From contig JALGVI010000013.1 of NCBI GenBank assembly GCA_029838215.1, positions 1-44,921 of the forward strand: DNA of 44,921 nt. The letters are read 5' to 3'. Shown piece by piece: positions 28,021 to 36,300 of the stretch; position 1 is the stretch's first letter; each line of letters opens with the position of its first letter. A model generated the notes under the pieces. That model saw nothing but the letters and a program-made list of their open reading frames with translations, was not told the origin of the DNA and ran no database searches. The DNA comes from Candidatus Helarchaeota archaeon. Lineage in GTDB: Archaea; Asgardarchaeota; Lokiarchaeia; Helarchaeales; RDOG01. The position numbers were made by a program, and so were the translations under genes.

Positions 28021-29146
28021 TCAGTTGGAATTCGTGAAGGCTTCACGAACAATAACCAATTCTTTCATGGAAAAATGGAAGAAAAATAAGAACAAGATCA
28101 TTGGATATTATTGCGGCTATGTTCCTGAGGAAATCCTGCATGCAATGGGATTTCTTCCGTATAGGATGAGGGCAACAGGGTGCAAGGATACGGCATTAGC
28201 AGACGCCATTCTTTCCCATTTTAATTGTAGTTTTGTTAGATGCTCTTTAAATCTTGCTTTGGAAGGCAAGTTCGATTTTTTGGATGGATTGACGATCATT
28301 AATTCTTGCGATCACGTGCGCCGGTTATTTGATATTTGGAAGAGAAAAGTCAATACGGACAAGGATTTCCCTTTATTTTTCATTTCGGTTCCTCATTTAG
28401 TCACGGACCATGGTCGTGGATGGTACCATTCCGAGATTGATTGTTTCATTAAGAGTCTGGAAAAAAGATTCAAAATCAAGTTAGAAGAAGAAAAGCTCGT
28501 GAATTCCATCAAGGTTTACAACGAAAACAGGCAGATCTTGAGGAAAATAAATGAGCTGCGTGCCGTAAAAGAGCCAAAAATTACGGGGTCTGATTTCTAT
28601 AAACTCATGGTTTCGAATTCTTCCATTCCCAAGGAAATCTGTAATCAGGAATTAAATCAAATTCACGGTTCATTAAGGGAAAAAAGCAATTTAGCCAGTC
28701 ATAGAGCAAGATTAATGCTCGTTGGAAGTTTCGTGGATAATCCGGATTTTATCAGCATATTTGAAGATGTTGGAGCTCAAATTGTTAGTGATTCGTTGTG
28801 TCTTGGATTGAGAAATATATGGGATGATACGAAAATCACGAAAAAACCACTACAGGGTTTAGTGGATCGGTATTATGAAAAAATTGCCTGTCCGCGAATG
28901 ATGAATCGGCATTCTGAACGATTGGAATTTATCGTTAATCAAGTGAAATCGACTAACGCGGATGGAGTTGTGGTCCAAAGGCTTGAATTCTGTGATCTTC
29001 ATGGTGTCGATAACATGCTCCTTCAACACGATTTGGAAGACTTGGGCATCCCTGTGTTAAATATCGATAGAGAATATTTGATGGGAGATATTGGAAGGTT
29101 CAAGACAAGAGTGGAGGCTTTTATTGAACAACTTTTGGTAGGATGA
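28010..29146 (+). CDS. 2-hydroxyacyl-CoA dehydratase/benzoyl-CoA reductase subunit (HgdB/BcrC/BzdN-like)
   Basis: IIGYYCGYVPEEILHA.G, NSCDHVRR, CPRM, ADGVV...FCDLH and LGIPVL.ID.EY...GRFKTRVEAFIE. GTG at 28010 is the probable start; the ORF track extends to 27938. Confidence 0.9.
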   Translation: MEFDQLEFVKASRTITNSFMEKWKKNKNKIIGYYCGYVPEEILHAMGFLPYRMRATGCKDTALADAILSHFNCSFVRCSLNLALEGKFDFLDGLTIINSCDHVRRLFDIWKRKVNTDKDFPLFFISVPHLVTDHGRGWYHSEIDCFIKSLEKRFKIKLEEEKLVNSIKVYNENRQILRKINELRAVKEPKITGSDFYKLMVSNSSIPKEICNQELNQIHGSLREKSNLASHRARLMLVGSFVDNPDFISIFEDVGAQIVSDSLCLGLRNIWDDTKITKKPLQGLVDRYYEKIACPRMMNRHSERLEFIVNQVKSTNADGVVVQRLEFCDLHGVDNMLLQHDLEDLGIPVLNIDREYLMGDIGRFKTRVEAFIEQLLVG

Positions 29147-30423
29147 GGATGACAAGAACGATAATACCATATGAAATCATTTATGAAGCTGCCGACGTGC
29201 AAGACGATTTAATAGCAAGAGTCTTACCAGAGCATGAGCAGCAAGTCTTGAAATCATTCTTGAAAAATTTAAAATCAGCTCTCTCGGACATCCTTGAAGC
29301 GGCTCGTGAAGGAAAACCCATTCTTGGTTATCATTTTGCATTCCCTGCAGAAATATTCTATTGTTTTGATTTAGCACCAGTTTGTTTCGAGCTCCTTCCC
29401 TACATGTATTCGGCGTTTTTTCGTGATGGAGCAGAATATTTTTATGAACGGATAAATGCATGGGGACATCCGTATCATTCCTGCACGAGTCAAAAAGGTA
29501 TGATGGCCATGATTCAAGAAGGTCTCATTGATTTGGACGTGATTTGCACGCCAACAGGACCGTGTGATAATACCGTAGCAAGTTATCAATTTTTTTCGAA
29601 TTATAAAAAGAAGAAAACTCCTTTGATCGTTGCAGACCTCCCTGTTTATCAAAATGACCGAGCTAAAGAATACTATGCTGAAGAACTCAAGTCCCTTTTG
29701 GAACAAGTTGGAAAAATCATCGGACAAGAACCTGATTATGGACGGCTGAAAACTGCCGTGAAGAATAATAGAGAAGCACATGAATACTTGATTGAAATCA
29801 ACCAACTCAAGCGAACGATTCCGTGTCCTTTAGAAAGTTTATCTAACTCGATCATTACCAGCGCAACGGTATTTCTTCCAGGAAGACCCGAGAAGGTTCA
29901 ATTTCTAAAAGAAGTTTATGAAGTTACAAAAAAACGGGTCCAAAATAATGAATCAAGACCAGGATTTGAAAAGCACAGATCCGTGTGGCCTTATCTTTCT
30001 TTATTTTTTGACTTGAGTTTTTATGAATGGATGGATAGGGAAATTGGCATGACACAGGTAATCGATCCATTCAACATCTATTTTTACGAGCCAATTTATA
30101 GTAATGATGTCGATGAAATTCTTACCCAGATTGCCGTTCAAAGCCAAAATTATCCGATGGTCAGGCAAGGTTCTACTTTTATTGAAACTTTAATTGATGA
30201 TTCGCTTTGGGCTGCACGTGAGTTTAAGGCAGATTGTGCTATCTTCACGGCACATTATGCCTGTAAACAAATCGTATCAGCCATTCAGATCCTAAAAGAA
30301 GCGTTTCGCGATGAGCTAGGAATCCCAATGCTTACTATTGAATTAGATTGTGGAGATAAAAGATTCACGTCAATTCAATCCATAAAAGAACAAGTATCAG
30401 AATTTGCAAGAACTTTACTATAG
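29143..30423 (+). CDS. 2-hydroxyacyl-CoA dehydratase/benzoyl-CoA reductase subunit (HgdA/BcrB/BzdO-like)
   Basis: SCTSQKG, PCDN, ADCAIF..H.ACKQ and LGIPMLTIELDCGDKR. ATGA overlap with the previous gene. Confidence 0.88.
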   Translation: MRMTRTIIPYEIIYEAADVQDDLIARVLPEHEQQVLKSFLKNLKSALSDILEAAREGKPILGYHFAFPAEIFYCFDLAPVCFELLPYMYSAFFRDGAEYFYERINAWGHPYHSCTSQKGMMAMIQEGLIDLDVICTPTGPCDNTVASYQFFSNYKKKKTPLIVADLPVYQNDRAKEYYAEELKSLLEQVGKIIGQEPDYGRLKTAVKNNREAHEYLIEINQLKRTIPCPLESLSNSIITSATVFLPGRPEKVQFLKEVYEVTKKRVQNNESRPGFEKHRSVWPYLSLFFDLSFYEWMDREIGMTQVIDPFNIYFYEPIYSNDVDEILTQIAVQSQNYPMVRQGSTFIETLIDDSLWAAREFKADCAIFTAHYACKQIVSAIQILKEAFRDELGIPMLTIELDCGDKRFTSIQSIKEQVSEFARTLL

Positions 30424-30432
30424 TGAATTCGA

Positions 30433-31206
30433 ATGTTTTTCGCAGGAATCGATGCAGGATCGTCCTATTGCAAATGCATTATTTTAAAAGACGGTCATAT
30501 CAAATCAAAATCCATTACCATTATCGAAGGAAACCCAGCAAGAGCAGCAAAACTTGCCTTGAACCAAGCTCTCTCACCATTAAAATTAAAAAGTAGGAAT
30601 CTTACAGGGGTCGTATCAACGGGCAGAAATCGCAAGAAAATAAAAATCAAAAACGAAGAAATGACAGAGATCATGTGCATTAGTAAAGGAGCTCATCATC
30701 TCGTTCCATCACTGAGAACGATTGTCGACCTTGGAAGTTTCACGAATAAAGCGATTAAAATAAATTCCAAAGGAAAAGTAATGGACTACGTCATTAATGA
30801 CAGGTGTGCGTCAGGATCGGGATATTTCCTTGAGTTGGTTTCTAAAGCGCTAGAGATAGATATCAATGAGTTGGGAGAAAAGGCACTGCTCTCTAAAAAC
30901 CCGTTATCCATAACGAATAATTGTAGTATTTTTGCAGAATCAGAAGTAATATACTTGATTAATGAAGGACATGATGAACTCGATATTGCTGCAGGAGTTT
31001 GTAATTCAATTGCTAGCAGGTTAGTTTCTTTATTGAAGAAAGTAAATTACGAGAATGACATCACGCTAACAGGTGGAGTCGGGAGCAACGAAGGAATTAG
31101 AAAGAATTTAGAGGAGCGGCTTGATATACAACTTAAAGAATTCCCAATCGAACCGATTTTTATTGGCGCATTTGGAGCAGCCCTCTTCTCACAAGAACTA
31201 CAATGA
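30433..31206 (+). CDS. ASKHA ATP-dependent activase, divergent copy (BcrD/BzdP-like)
   Basis: AGIDAGS, STGRNR, VDLGSFTNK, NDRCASGSG, CSIFAESE, LTGGVG and GAFGAA. Confidence 0.9.
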   Translation: MFFAGIDAGSSYCKCIILKDGHIKSKSITIIEGNPARAAKLALNQALSPLKLKSRNLTGVVSTGRNRKKIKIKNEEMTEIMCISKGAHHLVPSLRTIVDLGSFTNKAIKINSKGKVMDYVINDRCASGSGYFLELVSKALEIDINELGEKALLSKNPLSITNNCSIFAESEVIYLINEGHDELDIAAGVCNSIASRLVSLLKKVNYENDITLTGGVGSNEGIRKNLEERLDIQLKEFPIEPIFIGAFGAALFSQELQ

Positions 31207-31227
31207 CGTGAAGGATGTGATTGCTAC

Positions 31228-32007
31228 ATGTATTATTTAGGCATCGATATCGGGTCTCTCACGGGAAAAGCTGTTGTATTGGATGACTCGGAAATTGTTG
31301 GAGAAACCGTCATCCGGGTGAAAAAAAGACCAAAACTGACCGTGGACAAACTAATGGAAAATATCAATTCAATAACGGGATTACAATTCTCAGACATCTC
31401 ATACTGCTTGGGAACGGGATATGGAAGACGGAAGATCCCTCTTGCAAACGAAACCATCAGTGAAATCACCTGTCATGGAACGGGCGCTCACTTTTTATGC
31501 CCTACTCTAAGGACTGTTATTGACATTGGGGGACAAGACTGTAAAGTCATCCGAATTGATGAACACGGACATTTGAAGAATTTCATAATGAATGAAAAAT
31601 GCGCTGCAGGAACGGGTCGTTACTTAGAACTCATGGCAGAAACGTTAAAGCTCAAGCTAGAAGAGTTAGGACCCGTATCATTAAAATCAAAAACACCCGT
31701 ATCGCTTACAAGCCAATGTTCCATCTTTGCACAGGCAGAAGTAATTCAATTCATAAGCGAGGGATTCAAAACGCGTGATATTGCCGCCGGAGTGAATAAA
31801 GCCATGGCAGAAAGAGTTGTCGATTTGGTGGAAAAAGTTGGCGTGGAAGAGGATGTGGCAGTATCAGGCGGCGTGGCGAAAAACGTGGGTGTTGTTAGAA
31901 ATTTAGAAGAAATATTACAAGTAGGGTTCAAAAAAATGCCAAGAGATCCCCAAATAATAGGTGCATTGGGTGCAGCATTGATTGCCAAGAAATCCTTCAA
32001 GAAATAA
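31228..32007 (+). CDS. ASKHA ATP-dependent activase, canonical copy (BcrA/BzdQ/HgdC-like)
   Basis: LGIDIGS, TGYGR, EITCH..GA, IDIGGQDCK, MNEKCAAGTGRYLE, CSIFAQAE, SGGVAKN and GALGAA. Confidence 0.92.
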   Translation: MYYLGIDIGSLTGKAVVLDDSEIVGETVIRVKKRPKLTVDKLMENINSITGLQFSDISYCLGTGYGRRKIPLANETISEITCHGTGAHFLCPTLRTVIDIGGQDCKVIRIDEHGHLKNFIMNEKCAAGTGRYLELMAETLKLKLEELGPVSLKSKTPVSLTSQCSIFAQAEVIQFISEGFKTRDIAAGVNKAMAERVVDLVEKVGVEEDVAVSGGVAKNVGVVRNLEEILQVGFKKMPRDPQIIGALGAALIAKKSFKK

Positions 32008-32013
32008 TGGGGT

Positions 32014-32436
32014 ATGGAGATGATGGAAATCAATCCAAATGAAGAACTACCGATGAATGCTCGGGAACAAGGTCTGGAAATGGAATGTATCTATTGCAAG
32101 CACGTTTATCCAGAATTAAAAAAAGAAGAATGCCCTTTTTGTAAGGGCAAAGGTCTCGTGTTTCAACCAGCTCAAATGATGGAGAAAAGGCTCTCTAATG
32201 TAAAAATTTTTCGAGACTTGAAAGATTGGTTGAATTTTGTCATGGAAGAAAATCTGTTGGCAGAATACCAAGACGAAAATGACATCGTTAAACAAGATCA
32301 AGCAAAGGTGGCGAAGAGAACAGCAATTAATCTCGTGAAAAGGATGATTATTTACAACTTCAACCTAAAAGAAGCAATTATCGAGTTTATTCATGACTTA
32401 GATCGTAATTACAATTTAGAAAAAACAAATTTTTAA
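32014..32436 (+). CDS. Hypothetical zinc-ribbon protein
   Basis: CIYC...CPFC near the N-terminus followed by a helical region. Start position is uncertain. Confidence 0.55.
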   Translation: MEMMEINPNEELPMNAREQGLEMECIYCKHVYPELKKEECPFCKGKGLVFQPAQMMEKRLSNVKIFRDLKDWLNFVMEENLLAEYQDENDIVKQDQAKVAKRTAINLVKRMIIYNFNLKEAIIEFIHDLDRNYNLEKTNF

Positions 32437-32466
32437 GAAGAGAGAAAAAACATCCAATAAAAAAGA

Positions 32467-33333
32467 ATGATTTTATTAATGGAAATGAAAGAAATGGGAA
32501 AATTTGATAAATATGTTGTAAAAGGCATAAAATGGCAGAAATCACTCCCTTATCACGTATCGAAGATTGGTCCACCTTTTAATAAATGGCCGATATTGAT
32601 GGATGGTTCCGAAAAACGAGTTTCTGGAGCAAGGATTTGGGCCTATTACATGTTTTTTAACGATGCAAATCCTGGTCTTGCGAAAATGCAATTAAAATGG
32701 GCAGATAGGCATCGGCATCCAGACATTGATGAGACTTACCTCGTCCTCGGACAAAGAGATTCTTTTAAAGTAGAAATAACATTGGATGAAGAAGTTTTCC
32801 ATTTAACTCCGCCGAGTGCAGCTTTCATTCCTTCAGGTTTTACTCACTCAATAAAACCCATAGAATTCGGGGAAGGTGCCACGGGCGGTCTTGTAGCCAC
32901 CGTTACGAATGGAGAATATCTTTGCATTCCTCCAAATGAGTTTGACATGAAAGAAACACGAGAAAACGAAGCATTTATCGTGCGACACGAAACACCGATA
33001 TTGATGAGCAAGGAGAAAGTAGAGCGGGCAACAATGCATGTATTTTATGATTTTAATGAGACAAATGATCCCGTGATTGACGAACGTCAGAAAGAAATGA
33101 TCACGAATCGTCACGTGCATCCAGAAGGAATGAATGAAGTAATTCTGGTAATTGGGCAGGGAAGCTCGGTTACTTTAGAGCTCACGCTAGAAAACGAACA
33201 ATTTCAATTGACTCCACCGAGTGCAGTTTATATTCCAGGTGGCATTGAGCACGAGCTTCAATATTCTTTTAAAAAAGGAAAAGTTGGGGGAATACTTTCA
33301 ATTTGTGATAAAGGAGATTACTTGAAGATATAA
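32467..33333 (+). CDS. Bicupin protein (two cupin domains)
   Basis: Two copies of RHxHP...E...LTPPSA.FIP.G..H. The start is one of several ATGs between 32467 and 32494. Confidence 0.8.
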   Translation: MILLMEMKEMGKFDKYVVKGIKWQKSLPYHVSKIGPPFNKWPILMDGSEKRVSGARIWAYYMFFNDANPGLAKMQLKWADRHRHPDIDETYLVLGQRDSFKVEITLDEEVFHLTPPSAAFIPSGFTHSIKPIEFGEGATGGLVATVTNGEYLCIPPNEFDMKETRENEAFIVRHETPILMSKEKVERATMHVFYDFNETNDPVIDERQKEMITNRHVHPEGMNEVILVIGQGSSVTLELTLENEQFQLTPPSAVYIPGGIEHELQYSFKKGKVGGILSICDKGDYLKI

Positions 33334-33339
33334 AAAAAA

Positions 33340-36300
33340 TTATTTTTTAGGATTTACTGGCTCCTTTAACGGACTGCCACAATCCTTACAATACTTGCTT
33401 TCAATCGGGTTTTCTGAGAGACAATGCGGGCATTTTGTTGTCTGATCGAAGAAATGTTGTTCTGGAGAGATGTTTGTTCGACAGTTCACGCAATATTGGG
33501 CAGATTGAACGTTCACGTAATTGCAGCTTGGGCATTTTTTTACGGGTTCCAAGATAATCCCCGAAGTGTCCATATCAGATTTTTGGAAGAAACCCACGAT
33601 GAAAAATCCAAGAAACACGAGGAATGCAGGACCGATAAATGCCAGTGCCGTTGGAAGGACCAATAAGAAGCCATCTGCAGAAAGCGGAAGCAGAGAAATA
33701 CCCAATAGAACTAAAAAGAAGATAATCTTCATATTAATGCGCGAATAGGTTCGTCGTAGTAGTTCTTCTTTTGTAAATAGAATGACGGATATGTTTGCGT
33801 TTTGCTTCTTATATACAGATGTATTGTGGATGCTTTTACGTATGTCCCAATAAACAGAAAATGTGAACACTATGAGCGAGGAGAAAACTAATGATATTAT
33901 TTTTATATAGATAGATGGGATAACGGCGATATTTGGAATTACGATTGGGACTGAAGTTCCGCTTTCTTGGACAATATAGTAATATATCCACGATATTTGA
34001 CCACCAATGTATAATGTATAAATCGTGATGGCCAAGAAAATAACGGGATGAATCATGTTAAGTGCCATGCGTAACAAGTTAACATGTTCTCGCCGAATGG
34101 AAAATTTGGAATCACGATATAACCAAGTTACGTGGACGGATAATGCAAGAAACATTGCAATTATCATCACGATTGTTGCGATTTCATATGAGTGGAAAAT
34201 CCATGCCAGAATTGAAGCCGCAACAGTACAGCCGATCATGGAGATGAAACACGTTCCGTACAGAAAATTAAAATGCGAAACATTTGGCGGTAATAGAGAC
34301 TGTGTTGCAAGTTCAAGATTTTTATCCTTTAATGACTTGTTCTTTCCCGATTTCTTTTTAGTTGCTTTCACGAATTTTGATATTTTCTCATGCATTAGAT
34401 TAATCTCTTGTCTTGTTTCATCATTTGCTCGCTTTTTAAAATAAAGATAAACGGAACCAATCACCGCTCCCACGATACAAGATCCCAAGATTATGACAAT
34501 AATTTGTTCCACGGTTAAAGAGATGGTCGGAAACGCGGGATAAATATCATACGGCTGCAAGTCGCCTTCTCCAAGGATGGTATATTGGTTGTCAGCAGTA
34601 TCGAAATATATTATATAAAATTCAAGTTCTTCAGCACCCAAAAGCAGAGATTGATCAATTGTATAAGAAAACATGGAGTTTGTAGAATCAAAACTGAAAT
34701 TTGCCTCAATCCACACGGGATCTTGAATCAATGGTGTCTTAATCTTGTAGAACAGCGTCACATTTTTTACATAATTTTCACTATCAAGGACAAGTAAAGA
34801 GATCGTGAAGTTGTCCAGTTCCAGAAATTTAGGGCCTACGGGTCGATCGACATCAGAGAATTGAATGTTCGGTTTTGAAATTAAGAAGACATCACCGTAA
34901 AATATTCTCGAATCATAATCGTAACTCTCATTTAAACCCTGAAAATCATCGGTCGCATTAATGAATACAAAGAAACGGATTTTATAGCAGTTCGTGGCAT
35001 TTATCGTGTAAGAATATTCAATGTCCTGAATTTCTTCATTTGGAATGATCACGTGATTAAATGTTGAACCATTCAAGAATTCTAACGAATAGTTCAGAAT
35101 GATGGTGTCAATATCCGGCATGTCATCATCATTTATGTCGTTTGAGGTCAGGACAATTCGAATTGGAATATCATCGTATGTTGTTAGGTCCCGATCATAG
35201 ACAACAATTGCGGAGATGTTTTTAAGGCTCTGAAATATCGTGCTTACTAAGGTCGAATTTGCCCGATTGTTTCCTTGATCAGCGATTTCGACTTTGTACC
35301 AAATTTTCTTTTCATTTAATGGTGAGGGAACGAGGGAAAAATCAGGGTCATAGAAAGTTGTATTTGAGTCCAATAGCGGATTTGGAAATTCATAGTAGCC
35401 CACGACTTGAAAACTTGAATCAGTAGGAGATATTTCGGTCTTATTTGTAACGGCCCGATATATCGTGTAATTTGAAATCGAACCCGAAAAATTCAAGCCG
35501 GGATTCACGGTCCAATTTAAAAGAAAATCACTTGGATTTGTTATAAGACTGGGCAAACCTTCCAAGATAGGGGCGGAGTCTAAAATATTGGAGTTTTCAA
35601 TATTCAAATTTGAAGTTGTAAAATCATGACTTTCAACACGGCACCAATTTAGGGTCAAATGAGCAGTATCAGAAGCTTGTAGGGCAGTTAAATTACAAAG
35701 TAAAAAGGATACAGTAGAATTATCGAAGATCGAAGATGCCTTAAAATAAGAATTTTCCGAAGAAACATTTGCTTCGGAGTTCACTCGTAAATCTTCGCAT
35801 GTTGAATCAGTTATTTGAAGATTGACAGTCATGGGAGGTAATGTCAAAAATTCATTATTTGCCCAGATATACCCTCCATTCGCTATTGAACAATTATATA
35901 GACGGACATCTCCCGACAAGATCCAAAGAAATCCTTTAATAATGGTATCTTGAATCTCGTTTGGCACTAAGTAGTTTGCTAAAAACATTTCTTGTCCATA
36001 AAATGTTGAATTAATGGCAGTGAAATTCACGCTTGAGCCGATATTAATCGTGAATCCAGAAGTGATGGTGCTATTTTCGAGAACAAAGATATTATTTCCA
36101 TTACTGAAATCAATTGTGGGAAAGGTACAATTTTGAACTATCACTGTCGTGTCGTCATCTGCAATCCTCAAGGTAATATTATTAGAAAAATAATCATGTA
36201 ACCAAAAAGATGCACCACGTTCAATTTCTAATTCAGACCAAGATAATTCCTGCATTTTGATGGAAGAAAGTCCTAAATTTGTGTCATTAGTATAAAATAG

